64,000 nucleotides of DNA. Origin: Gammaproteobacteria bacterium. GTDB lineage: Bacteria; Pseudomonadota; Gammaproteobacteria; UBA4575. Where the stretch lies: the NCBI GenBank assembly GCA_965222615.1, contig CBDCUI010000007.1, positions 448,001-512,000 on the forward strand, read 5' to 3'. The translations under genes were made by a program, and so were the position numbers. This document shows positions 20,303 to 30,215 of this stretch, in pieces. The notes under the pieces were generated by a model that saw nothing but the letters and a program-made list of their open reading frames with translations, searched no databases and was not told the origin of the DNA. Every line of letters begins with the position of its first letter. Position 1 is the first letter of the stretch.

Positions 20303-22471
20303 TTACATTCGTTTTACTTTATATATTTTTGGTATCTTACGGATCGCTCGCATGATTTTGGCTAAATGATCACGATCTTTAGCCGTCAACAAAACTGTAA
20401 TGGTAGTTGTCGCACCAAATTTATCTTCAAACACAATATTTTCAATATTAGAGCCTTGATCTGAAATGGTAGCTGCAACTACCGCAAGAACACCCCGTTC
20501 ATTAGCTGTTTTAATGCTAATTTCTGCTACGAATTCACTGCCGGGATCCCGTGCCCAACTAACATGAATCCACTTGTCTCGACTGTGTTTCTCACGCCTA
20601 GTGTTTTTACATTTTATATAATGTACTACTAAGCCTTTTCCAGCAGTCATAATTCCAATAATGGAATCGCCAGGTATGGGATGACAACATTTTGCATAAC
20701 TCACGACCATACCTTCTGTGCCACTGATGGCTAATGGAAGCTTAGTTTCACTTTTGCGTCGTAATTTAATCCAGCGACCACGCAGTGACACCAAGTGTTT
20801 CGCAACAAACGGTGCCATACGGTCACCTAAACCAATTTCTTGAAATAATTGTTCTTGTGAGTCAAGTTGTAACTCTTCTAATAAATTAGCAACCTCTCGC
20901 TGACTTATATCATTCCAATTTTTGCCGTATGCACTCAGTGCTTGATTAAGTAAGCGTTTACCAAGGTCAGTGGCTTCATCTCTTTGTAAATTCTTTAAGA
21001 AACTGCGAATGTTGGAACGAGCCTTAGCCGTAACAATAAAATTAAGCCATGCGGGATTAGGTCGACCACTAGGCGCAGTAATAATTTCCACAGTTTGGCC
21101 GTTTGCTAATACAGTACTGAGAGGCTCTAATCTTCGATTAATTTTTGCGGCGACACACTGATTTCCAATATCAGAATGTACAGCATAAGCAAAATCAACT
21201 GCTGTTGCATTGATTGGTAATTCCATAATGTCTCCAGCTGGAGTAAAGACATATATTTCGTCACGAAATAGATCAACTCTTACACTTTCCAAAAATTCAA
21301 GTGAACTTCCTGATCGATGTTGCATTTCCGAGACGGTTTTAAGCCATTCTCGCGTGCGCACATGTGGGGCAGCCTGCTCATCATTACCAACTTTATACAT
21401 CCAATGTGCCGCAATTCCAGACTGCGCAACCTGGTCCATTTCCTCAGAGCGAACCTGCACCTCGATTGGAATACCTTTAGGGCCAAAAAGAATAGTGTGC
21501 AATGATTGATAAGCATTTTTCTTTGGTATAGCAATATAGTCTTTAAACTTCTCAGGCACAGGTTTGTACAAATTATGAATAACACCTATGACCCGATAAC
21601 ACGTGTCTACATCTTTAACTACGATTCTAAATGCAAATACGTCGAATACCTCGGAAAACTGCAGACGTTTTTCTTTCATTTTTCTGTAGATGCTGTAAAT
21701 ATTCTTCTCGCGACCATAAATCCTACTGACAATATTTGCTTGTTCTAATCGTTCACAAATATTTTTTTCAACCTCTTCTAACAAAACTTTTCGATTTACA
21801 TTGGTGCGTTTTATCGCTTCACTTAAAACTTCAAAGCGCCTTGGCCACAGAGTTTGAAAAGATAGTTCTTCTAGCTCTACGCGTAAATCATGCATACCTA
21901 AACGTAGTGCAATGGGCGCATAAATATCTAAGGTCTCGCGTGCAATTCGTTTACGTTTTGTATTTGACATAACACTCAGGGTACGCATGTTATGTAGACG
22001 ATCTGCGAGCTTGATGATAATGACGCGCACATCCTTCACCATCGCAAGCATCATCTTACGAAAGTTTTCTGCTTGTGCTTCTAATTTAGACCCAAACTCT
22101 AGATGAGTAAGCTTACTTACACCATCGACAAGGTCAGCGACCTCATCTCCAAATTTTCGTGTTATTTGCTCTTTTGCGGTTTCTGTATCTTCGATGACAT
22201 CATGCAATATTGCAGCGGTAATCGTTTGTGCATCCATATGCATCTCTGCCAATATTTTAGCCACTGCGAGTGGGTGATAAATATAAGGCTCACCTGTAAG
22301 TCGAGTTTGACCTTCATGCGCATCAGCACTGAACAAATACGCGCGGTAGACTGTTTTAACTTGTTTAGATGATAGATAAACTTCAAGCAGTGCACATAAG
22401 TCACTAATTAAAAAGCGTGATGGCTGCTTGCTAGTAATCGTTGTGCTAGCGGATTCAGCAACACTAGCCAT
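20303..22471 (-). CDS. spoT: Bifunctional (p)ppGpp synthetase/hydrolase SpoT
   Basis: Intact HD hydrolase (HEGQTR..GEPY..HP, LHDVIED), KLADRLHNMRT, TGS and ACT domains; rpoZ-spoT synteny. Confidence 0.97.
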   Translation of the reverse strand: MASVAESASTTITSKQPSRFLISDLCALLEVYLSSKQVKTVYRAYLFSADAHEGQTRLTGEPYIYHPLAVAKILAEMHMDAQTITAAILHDVIEDTETAKEQITRKFGDEVADLVDGVSKLTHLEFGSKLEAQAENFRKMMLAMVKDVRVIIIKLADRLHNMRTLSVMSNTKRKRIARETLDIYAPIALRLGMHDLRVELEELSFQTLWPRRFEVLSEAIKRTNVNRKVLLEEVEKNICERLEQANIVSRIYGREKNIYSIYRKMKEKRLQFSEVFDVFAFRIVVKDVDTCYRVIGVIHNLYKPVPEKFKDYIAIPKKNAYQSLHTILFGPKGIPIEVQVRSEEMDQVAQSGIAAHWMYKVGNDEQAAPHVRTREWLKTVSEMQHRSGSSLEFLESVRVDLFRDEIYVFTPAGDIMELPINATAVDFAYAVHSDIGNQCVAAKINRRLEPLSTVLANGQTVEIITAPSGRPNPAWLNFIVTAKARSNIRSFLKNLQRDEATDLGKRLLNQALSAYGKNWNDISQREVANLLEELQLDSQEQLFQEIGLGDRMAPFVAKHLVSLRGRWIKLRRKSETKLPLAISGTEGMVVSYAKCCHPIPGDSIIGIMTAGKGLVVHYIKCKNTRREKHSRDKWIHVSWARDPGSEFVAEISIKTANERGVLAVVAATISDQGSNIENIVFEDKFGATTTITVLLTAKDRDHLAKIMRAIRKIPKIYKVKRM

Positions 22472-22500
22472 TGCCTTAACGAGGGTACACTAGGACATAC

Positions 22501-23061
22501 CTAGAACCCTTGGTCTCCTTCTTCAGAGGCTTCGGACGGTGATGACGGCGCTATCTCGTCAGTAGATGGAGCATCTTCTTCCTCTGGAGTAACTGTTGGT
22601 GTGCTGGCCGCCGCAGTATCGTCATTTGCGCCAGTACCGAATAACGGACTCAGTGGCAAGGATGATGATACTTCCTGCTGGGGTGGCAAGGGTTCCGTTG
22701 TTTGTGCTTCAACGCTAGAGGATTCAGTAACCTGAGGCTCTTCTTTTGTCGTTGTTGTTTCTTCCGTTGTTTGGCTGAGCTCACGACTGATCTCGGCGTG
22801 CAACGCGGCTGCTAAATCGTCTTCAGCAAATTCTGACTCTTCTTCGACCTGTGGCGCAGCTAGAGAGGCTCGCATCATTTCTTCATTAACGAGGTTTTCG
22901 GCAATTTCACGCAGTGCAACTACGGTAGGCTTATCATTTTCCCATTCTACTAGTGGTTCAGTGCCTAATGAGAGCTGTCGTGCACGTTTACTCGCCAACA
23001 ATACTAGTTTAAAGCGATTTTCTATATTTTCTAGACAGTCCTCTACCGTGATTCGGGCCAT
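22501..23061 (-). CDS. rpoZ: RNA polymerase omega subunit with long acidic C-terminal tail
   Basis: [32 protein letters not shown] core (about 65 aa) plus a tail rich in E, T, S and P. Confidence 0.95.
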   Translation of the reverse strand: MARITVEDCLENIENRFKLVLLASKRARQLSLGTEPLVEWENDKPTVVALREIAENLVNEEMMRASLAAPQVEEESEFAEDDLAAALHAEISRELSQTTEETTTTKEEPQVTESSSVEAQTTEPLPPQQEVSSSLPLSPLFGTGANDDTAAASTPTVTPEEEDAPSTDEIAPSSPSEASEEGDQGF

Positions 23062-23137
23062 TTCTTACTCCTAATTATACTGTTAATAACGAGCTTAGCC
23101 GATTGAGTGTAACGAATTTATCCACCTGCTTCTAGCA

Positions 23138-23752
23138 CTATGACAATAAATCCATTGTTAAGGAGTGCAGCTTTTCCTTATTCATTGACTGGTATCTCTC
23201 TGAGCCTGATAAAAGTGCGGTTAACTGCTGTAACGCTTTGTCGAAGTCGTCATTAAGAATTACAAAATCAAATTCATCAAAATGGGCCATCTCACTTTGA
23301 GCATCGCACATTCTTCTTGCAATAACTTCGTCACTATCCTGTCCTCGATTACGTAAACGGGTCTCTAGTTCAGCTTTGGATGGAGGCAGAATAAATATCG
23401 ATTTCGTATTCGGCATCTTGGCACGTACTTGTGCTGCACCTTGCCAATCTATCTCAAGGATAACATTGAACCCTTGATCAAGTTGTTTTTGCACAGATGA
23501 TTTCGATGTGCCATAAAAATTATCAAATACTTTTGCATATTCCAAAAACTCTCCGCGTTCAATCATCACTGTAAAATTTTCAACGCTGATGAAGTAGTAG
23601 TCTTTACCGTCGATCTCACCTGGACGCATTGGGCGGGTGGTGTGTGAAATAGACACTCGTACTTGCTGTAATTGTTTGATGAGCGCCTTGACCAAGCTTG
23701 TTTTACCCGCACCAGACGGAGCTGAAATGATAAATAATTGACCTTTATTCAT
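23138..23752 (-). CDS. gmk: Guanylate kinase
   Basis: [25 protein letters not shown] and LEIDWQGA motifs. Confidence 0.98.
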   Translation of the reverse strand: MNKGQLFIISAPSGAGKTSLVKALIKQLQQVRVSISHTTRPMRPGEIDGKDYYFISVENFTVMIERGEFLEYAKVFDNFYGTSKSSVQKQLDQGFNVILEIDWQGAAQVRAKMPNTKSIFILPPSKAELETRLRNRGQDSDEVIARRMCDAQSEMAHFDEFDFVILNDDFDKALQQLTALLSGSERYQSMNKEKLHSLTMDLLS

Positions 23753-23812
23753 ATTTATTAATAACAGTATATATCTTTAAAAATCCAATAAGACTATATT
23801 CTACCAAATAAT

Positions 23813-23838
23813 AAAAAAGCCCCGCACTGCGGGGCTTT
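23813..23838 (-). terminator. Intrinsic terminator after the OmpA-family gene
   Basis: aaagccccgc-act-gcggggcttt hairpin with a plus-strand A6 run (U-tract on the minus strand). Confidence 0.85.
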
Positions 23839-23871
23839 AAGATTTATTAAATATATTTAATATTTATCACA

Positions 23872-24549
23872 TTAACTTTTCGTCAGTGGCACTAATGCAA
23901 TTTCCACACGTCTATTTAAACTCCGACCAGCTGGATCAGAATTACTTGCAACAGGATAATCTTCTCCATAGCCATATGTCGCTAAACGCAGAGCTTGAAT
24001 ATCGCGGCTTTGAAAATATCTAGACACTGCATCTGCACGACGCTCTGATAATCTTTTATTATAATCACTTGAACCCGTACTATCGGTATGCCCCATGACT
24101 TCAACAAGTGTTTTGTCAAACTCATCAATCACTAAGGTTACTGAATCCAAAACTGCAAAAAACTCTCCGTTGATATCAGCGCTATCTACTGCAAAGGTAA
24201 TATTTCCTGGCATATTGAGAATGATGTTATCACCATCGCGTGTGACACTAACTCCAGTACCTGCCAATTTTTGACGTAACTTTGCTTCTTGCACATCCAT
24301 ATAATAGCCAACGGCGCCACCAGCTAATGCACCAACACCTGCGCCAATTAATGCATGTTTTCGACGTTCACGACTATCATCACCGCTGATTACTCCAACC
24401 ACAGCACCGGCTGCAGCTCCTGCACCAGCACCAATAGCTGCTTTACTTACTTGTTTTTCACCAGTATAGGGATTGATTGTTGAACAAGCTGTAAAAACTA
24501 ACAATATAAAACAAGTCCCCATGATTCGTATTTGTTGCAATGTTTTCAT
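23872..24549 (-). CDS. OmpA-family lipoprotein (YiaD-like)
   Basis: Lipobox FTAC, glycine zipper, GHTDSTG, LSERRA and NRRVEI motifs. Confidence 0.93.
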   Translation of the reverse strand: MKTLQQIRIMGTCFILLVFTACSTINPYTGEKQVSKAAIGAGAGAAAGAVVGVISGDDSRERRKHALIGAGVGALAGGAVGYYMDVQEAKLRQKLAGTGVSVTRDGDNIILNMPGNITFAVDSADINGEFFAVLDSVTLVIDEFDKTLVEVMGHTDSTGSSDYNKRLSERRADAVSRYFQSRDIQALRLATYGYGEDYPVASNSDPAGRSLNRRVEIALVPLTKS

Positions 24550-24877
24550 TTATACCTCCATATGCAAGGATTCAATCATCCATAAAGACATTATTACTAT
24601 ATGCATTCAGCCTAGTTTGACCAAGGCAATAATATAATTATCTCCCAGTTGATCACTATTTGATGCCGTTTGTACTTCCATACATCGGCATAACCCACCC
24701 ATATATCAAGTGCCTCTTATTCCTTGTTTCGCATACCTACAAATACAGTCAAAATTATTAAGATTAAATGCAAAACCTCTGTAAACAGTAAAGGAGGTTT
24801 AAGCGTAGAAGAGTTTTGCCAACTCTTACAAATGAATAAACATAATAATCATTGGTTTCAAATAGTTAGTTAAACAC

Positions 24878-25456
24878 ATGCAGCAATATATACTTAGTGA
24901 AGTTCAACAGTGGTTACCTGAAATAGATGCCTGTCAAATTGACCTTGAAAATAGCTCTGTAGAGAAACAACATCATCAAGAGTTAACTCAAATAATCGAA
25001 AACCTGCTTAACTGGGCTACTACGATATTAGAAAAAGCTAATCTTCCATCTACCTCTCACGAAGCTAAGGCACTGCTTAATAAATATAGTCATACAAGCG
25101 ATGAAGGCTGCGCACTACATATTGTAATCGAACTGGATGCACTGCAAGCTTCATTGCGCAACATCGATTCAAATACCGCAGCGATTTCAGGCATGAAACT
25201 ATTTGAGACAATTTGGAAACGTGCCATTACAACAAAACATCAACCAAAACAAGAAAGCAACACAAAACAAAAGAAAGATAACTTATTATCTACTTCACAA
25301 GAAAGTGAAGAAAACCTAAAGCTATATCAAAAAACTATTAATGAATTAAAAACCAAATACCCACATTGTAATGTGAATGCACTGCGTTTGCTTGCGTCTA
25401 CAAGATTAAATGTCACTAAACAAAAACTCGATGATTTGGGAATTTCACCCGAATAA
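24878..25456 (+). CDS. Hypothetical protein, paralogue of the downstream gene; C-terminal HTH-like domain
   Basis: 192-aa ORF that aligns without gaps to two segments of 25467-26693. Confidence 0.8.
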   Translation: MQQYILSEVQQWLPEIDACQIDLENSSVEKQHHQELTQIIENLLNWATTILEKANLPSTSHEAKALLNKYSHTSDEGCALHIVIELDALQASLRNIDSNTAAISGMKLFETIWKRAITTKHQPKQESNTKQKKDNLLSTSQESEENLKLYQKTINELKTKYPHCNVNALRLLASTRLNVTKQKLDDLGISPE

Positions 25457-25466
25457 ATAATAGATT

Positions 25467-26693
25467 ATGGACACTGGAACTAATTTATTTAGCGCTTCCC
25501 TTGAGACAATTGACTCAAGTAAGCGTACGGATAAATTTCAGCGCTTTTTTTCAGAATTTCAGCGTGAATGTGATGTCATTCTTAGTAATGCACAAGAATG
25601 GATAAAAGCCGAATTACCCATTGTGGAAAGTTATATTGAGCTGGCTCCATTAAAAGAGGAGTTAAAATCCAATAAGATCTCTACTAGACGCAAACATCTA
25701 TTATCTGCTTTAATTTTTGAACAAGTGGCTCGTGATGCAGTACGTAAACACCAGGCTGCGACCGCAGGTTTAATGTCAATACACATGCTTAATCATATTT
25801 GGCAAGCAAGGCTCGAAATGAATCAAGTGCAGGTTTCATCTGCGCAAGCTAACATCACTAAACAAGATCTACCACGAGTAAAAACGAAAGAAGAACAAGA
25901 ACATGATTTAAAAAGAGAACAAATCCTGTCTTCTTTAATAAAGAAAGGCGAAAAATTATTAAGCGAATCGCAAATTCAAAAACAACAACAAAATAATACT
26001 TCAATTAAACCTATTCCTAAAAAACAAGCTAAACCAAAGCAACAAGCTACCTCAAAAAAGAAAAATGTATTCACTAAAAGTCAGAAGGATTTATGGGCTG
26101 AGGCCGCTGAAAAAGAAAAATTGAGCAGATTAAAATCACAAAACGACAAAAATGGTACTAACAAAAAAAGGAAGCAAAAAACCGGTGGTGTACTTTCTAA
26201 AGTGCGCACAAAGTTTCCTTTAAAAAGAAAATCAAAAAACAACGATGACCCTTCACAAACTGGCATACAGGCTAATACAAATATTTCGCCGAAAAAACCA
26301 GAAGATAGTCTTTTAGACGACCCCAATGCTTCTGCAATTATGGTAAGTTCAGGTATATACAAAGACATTGACGATTCATTAATTCAAGCACGTCCTCGCT
26401 TTTCCGATAATGTGGATGAATCTGGAATTACGGTGCGCAAGGTATTAAAAAAACGCGAACATGAAACACATGAACCAGGTAGTAACACGATCATTATGAA
26501 GCTAGCATCGAGCGCAGGTCGAGGTGACACCGCAAAAATGTCTGTACCTGAGCAATGTCAACAAGCTGTAAATGATATCTCCGCACAATTTCCAGGTTAT
26601 GATCTTGTGGCAATTCGTAATATGGCCGCAGAAAAAGTTGGTGTTTCCCCTCAATATATTGAGAATCTTAATATCCTTCCGGAAAAAACTTAA
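25467..26693 (+). CDS. Hypothetical protein: helical N-domain, long disordered linker, C-terminal HTH-like domain
   Basis: 408-aa ORF 10 bp after its paralogue; C-terminus AIRNMAAEKVGVSPQYI. Confidence 0.82.
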   Translation: MDTGTNLFSASLETIDSSKRTDKFQRFFSEFQRECDVILSNAQEWIKAELPIVESYIELAPLKEELKSNKISTRRKHLLSALIFEQVARDAVRKHQAATAGLMSIHMLNHIWQARLEMNQVQVSSAQANITKQDLPRVKTKEEQEHDLKREQILSSLIKKGEKLLSESQIQKQQQNNTSIKPIPKKQAKPKQQATSKKKNVFTKSQKDLWAEAAEKEKLSRLKSQNDKNGTNKKRKQKTGGVLSKVRTKFPLKRKSKNNDDPSQTGIQANTNISPKKPEDSLLDDPNASAIMVSSGIYKDIDDSLIQARPRFSDNVDESGITVRKVLKKREHETHEPGSNTIIMKLASSAGRGDTAKMSVPEQCQQAVNDISAQFPGYDLVAIRNMAAEKVGVSPQYIENLNILPEKT

Positions 26694-26709
26694 CCATTCA
26701 AGCCTTGAT

Positions 26710-28047
26710 TTACGTACTAGTAGAATATTGAAATACGTTATCCCAAATATAATCCACAATTTTCTTTGCGGACTCAATATTACATGCTTGATAACTACCA
26801 TCAGTTAGCTTTTTAACAATCGACTGCATTTCTTCTTGCGTTCCTATTGGAGCTTGGAGAGCTACTAAGCGGTCAAGTACAGGATCTAAATTAATTGAAG
26901 ATTTTAAAGAAAATTGAGATTCTATCCATGCGGTAGATTTAGTATCAATTTCTTGTTTAGTAAGTGGGCCATCTTCATTTAATAATAGATGATAGACAAG
27001 CAACATTTCTTTACATTGTTCCTCTTCAGCTGAATCTACTATCGCATTCAATACTCCCTGACATATATCTAAGCTCTTAAAAAAAAGCACATCTGTTACT
27101 TTTTTCAAAAATTCTAAGCGCTTACTTTTATATTTAATATATTGCCTTGCAACAAATCCCCCTATAGCAACAAATGCAGAAAGTACTGCAACTAGTAAAG
27201 GGTATACTGCTTTTGAATCACTTATATCTACATCAAATTTACCACCTAGATCCCAGCCAAATACAACTAACGCAATTGCACCAACTAACAGTCCCAAGGC
27301 TGGTAATATTTTTATTAACATAGGAATCGCAGCACCCAAGGCTGGCACAACCAGCATAAGTTTGTCGCGCAAATTCATGCTGATCTTTACATTGGGAAAC
27401 AAAAGTTCCAAATCATAATGTGGAATATTTTTATACAGATAAAGATAGATCTTACCGGGCGCAAAATCTAGTTCATCTTTACGTTTTTCTTTGCTGTCAA
27501 AAAATTCCTTCTCTTTAATTTGCAATAACACAGCTACTTGATCATAGTTTGCAAACTTTATTTTTCTATTTCTCAGAAATCGCTTGATAGACACTTCTTT
27601 TGTGCTACTGCCGCGGTAGAACAGCATAATACGTTCGTACTCATTTAAGTCGACGCTAGTATTAACAGGTATTAACGACGACTGATGTAATGCTTCTTCT
27701 ATATTTTTTTGGAATAGCTCTCGATAATTGGCATTTTTTAATATGCCTTCAAAAGTATCGGCTAATATTTGTGCCTGTTGAGTTTTTTCTTCTGGTTTTA
27801 ATTTTGGAAATATCGGCGTATCTTGATTCGGATTGAAATAGGCATAAGCTTGCTTCATCAATTCTAAATTTTTTAGTGCCTTAAAATGTACATAGGCGTT
27901 TAGTATTTCTGCAAATGAACGGAATTGATTTATTTGACCTTCATTGAATGCTGATGATTTACAGCATTTATTGATTAATACATGTCTACTACATGGAATG
28001 AAATGCATCACGATTACCCAGGCATTCTTATGATGCTCTACATACAA
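26710..28047 (-). CDS. TMEM143/DUF3754-family membrane protein
   Basis: HFIP, KIYLYLYKNIPHYDLELLFPN and AEEEQCKEMLLVY motifs; the true start may be the ATG at 28008. Confidence 0.8.
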   Translation of the reverse strand: MYVEHHKNAWVIVMHFIPCSRHVLINKCCKSSAFNEGQINQFRSFAEILNAYVHFKALKNLELMKQAYAYFNPNQDTPIFPKLKPEEKTQQAQILADTFEGILKNANYRELFQKNIEEALHQSSLIPVNTSVDLNEYERIMLFYRGSSTKEVSIKRFLRNRKIKFANYDQVAVLLQIKEKEFFDSKEKRKDELDFAPGKIYLYLYKNIPHYDLELLFPNVKISMNLRDKLMLVVPALGAAIPMLIKILPALGLLVGAIALVVFGWDLGGKFDVDISDSKAVYPLLVAVLSAFVAIGGFVARQYIKYKSKRLEFLKKVTDVLFFKSLDICQGVLNAIVDSAEEEQCKEMLLVYHLLLNEDGPLTKQEIDTKSTAWIESQFSLKSSINLDPVLDRLVALQAPIGTQEEMQSIVKKLTDGSYQACNIESAKKIVDYIWDNVFQYSTST

Positions 28048-28117
28048 AAACGCCCAGATAAAAAATATCCAGGCGTTGTTCTCTTCACATTGAAGTGATA
28101 ATCAAACTTACATATTT

Positions 28118-28366
28118 CTATCTTTTAATAAATCGATAAAGAATAAGTAACAATAGTGCACCTAATACAGCAATCACTAAACTTATTATATTGAATCCTG
28201 TAACGGTACCAAAACCTAAAAGAGTACTAATATACCCTCCAACAAAGGCACCCGCGATACCCAGCAATATGGTAACAATAATGCCGCCCGGATCTTTGCC
28301 CGGCATGATTAATTTTGCAATTGCACCAACAATGCCTCCAAGAACAATCCACACTAAAAATCCCAT
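28118..28366 (-). CDS. GlsB/YeaQ/YmgE (transglycosylase-associated) stress membrane protein
   Basis: WIVLGGIVGAIAKLIMPGKDPGG..TILLGIAGAFVGG motif. Confidence 0.92.
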   Translation of the reverse strand: MGFLVWIVLGGIVGAIAKLIMPGKDPGGIIVTILLGIAGAFVGGYISTLLGFGTVTGFNIISLVIAVLGALLLLILYRFIKR

Positions 28367-28417
28367 AATACCTCCTGTTATTTTACTGTTATATGACTAA
28401 GCCACCTGTAAATCTTT

Positions 28418-28813
28418 TTATTCTTTACTCATCTCTTCTACTTTATCTTTTACCTGCTCGACAACTTCTTCGGCTTTTTCCATCATAGTAGAGCCTTCTT
28501 CTGCTGTTGTTTCTTCTTCTATCGGAGGTAACGAATCCCAATCTGGAAGGTCTTCTACTTCGGGTCCTTTCATACCACCGTCAGTCACCTCTTTGGTTGC
28601 ATCAGCAGCATCACTCGCCATTTCTTTAGTTGCATCAGCCGCATCACTTGCCATTTCTTTGGTCGCTTCAGCAGCATCTTCAGCCATTTCACCAGCCTTT
28701 TGCACGGCATCGTCAGCCATCTCACCCGCTTTTTCCGCTGCATCTTTGGCTTCTTCTTTACTACAACCAAATACGAACGCCGAGACGAGTAATAGTATTA
28801 TTAGTTTACGCAT
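28418..28813 (-). CDS. LEA-like repeat lipoprotein
   Basis: Lipobox VFGC; 11-residue repeats such as AADATKEMASD. Confidence 0.8.
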   Translation of the reverse strand: MRKLIILLLVSAFVFGCSKEEAKDAAEKAGEMADDAVQKAGEMAEDAAEATKEMASDAADATKEMASDAADATKEVTDGGMKGPEVEDLPDWDSLPPIEEETTAEEGSTMMEKAEEVVEQVKDKVEEMSKE

Positions 28814-28849
28814 TTCGAACTCTCTTCTCTGTGTCTTATTTTTTATATA

Positions 28850-29260
28850 TTAATATGTGACCTTAGGCGGCAAATCTTTGGCTTGTTCAATCCAATCAGT
28901 AACGGTTTTAAGTGCAGGCAATTGTCTGACTAATTTTTTTTCAGCATTAACTGCTTCCATTGCAGTAGTTAAATTTTCAGCATTGCGATTACGTAATTCT
29001 TTTACTGTATCCACACCAGATGCTTCCAGTAATTCCGCATATTCACCGGCTACGCCCTTAATTCGAAACAAGTCACACATATTGACCCATTTAAGAATTT
29101 GACCCTCACTACAGCCCGATTTTTCTGCGCATTCCTTACGCCCTGCAGGCGTGCAACCTGCCTCTAGCAAACCATCTGTGTCAGTTATGCCGGCCTTGGC
29201 CAACATTTCAGCGTATTTTGGCCCAATCCCTTCGACTTCTTCTATTTTATTATTTGCCAT
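28850..29260 (-). CDS. DUF4332-family helix-hairpin-helix protein
   Basis: IEEVEGIGPKYA, DLFRIKGV and ELLEASGVDTVKEL motifs. Confidence 0.88.
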   Translation of the reverse strand: MANNKIEEVEGIGPKYAEMLAKAGITDTDGLLEAGCTPAGRKECAEKSGCSEGQILKWVNMCDLFRIKGVAGEYAELLEASGVDTVKELRNRNAENLTTAMEAVNAEKKLVRQLPALKTVTDWIEQAKDLPPKVTY

Positions 29261-29454
29261 TATGCTCTCCTGGATAAATCAGGCAATTGTTATGAATTTA
29301 TTATTGTTTCTGTACTTAAGTAGGATATAGATCCTCGCATGATGTGCAGTAACAGTAAATAATTATATCAAGCAGTTAAGGGTTTGGAATTGTAAATTAA
29401 AGTTAACACTTGCGGAAGCAAGCAAGACGTTGATTTATAAAGACTTATTTATCT

Positions 29455-30180
29455 TTATTCATTATCCACGTCTAGTACTTCACCTTTTACTTGGTCGAAA
29501 CTGGTATGACGGATGTCTTTGCCGGCAACGGTATAAATGACATATTCGCAAATATTTTTTGCGTGATCCCCGATTCGCTCTAATGAACGTGCACACCACA
29601 TTACTCGCAGTGAGCGCTTAATGGCACGCGGATCTTCCATCATATGGGTAATAAGTTGACGTGTGAGCGAATCATATTCATCATTAATTTCACGATCACC
29701 TTGCGCAATCATTAAAGCACTTTCAGAGTCCATGCGTGCAAACGCATCCAGACAATCATGCAACATCTGGCGAACCTTTTCGCCCAAATGCTTTAATTCT
29801 GAAAAATAAGTTGGCGTGCGTTCTGCGGAAGCAAGTTTTACCGCATGGCGACCAATCTTTTCTGCCTCATCGCCAATTCTTTCTAAGTCTGTAATTGTTT
29901 TAATAATTGTTACTACTAATCTGAGATCGCTTGCAGTTGGCTGTCGTCGTGCAATGATTTGCGTACATTCTTCATCAATCGCAACTTCCATGGAATTAAT
30001 TTTGTAATCGCTAGTCGCAACGTCCTCAGCTAGGCTACTATCAGAACGAGTTAACGCCACAAGTGCATTATCGACTTGCTTTTCCACCAGGCCGCCCATG
30101 TTCAGCACCTTGCTACGTAAAGATTCCAGATCTTCATCAAATTGATGTGAGATATGTTGCCCGATGTCTTGATATACCAT
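29455..30180 (-). CDS. phoU: Phosphate signalling protein PhoU
   Basis: HISHQFD, IARRQPTASDLR, DLERIGD and ERIGDHAKNICE motifs. Confidence 0.97.
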   Translation of the reverse strand: MVYQDIGQHISHQFDEDLESLRSKVLNMGGLVEKQVDNALVALTRSDSSLAEDVATSDYKINSMEVAIDEECTQIIARRQPTASDLRLVVTIIKTITDLERIGDEAEKIGRHAVKLASAERTPTYFSELKHLGEKVRQMLHDCLDAFARMDSESALMIAQGDREINDEYDSLTRQLITHMMEDPRAIKRSLRVMWCARSLERIGDHAKNICEYVIYTVAGKDIRHTSFDQVKGEVLDVDNE

Positions 30181-30215
30181 TTATGCTGCCTCTAACTAGT
30201 TATAGTGCTAGAAAG

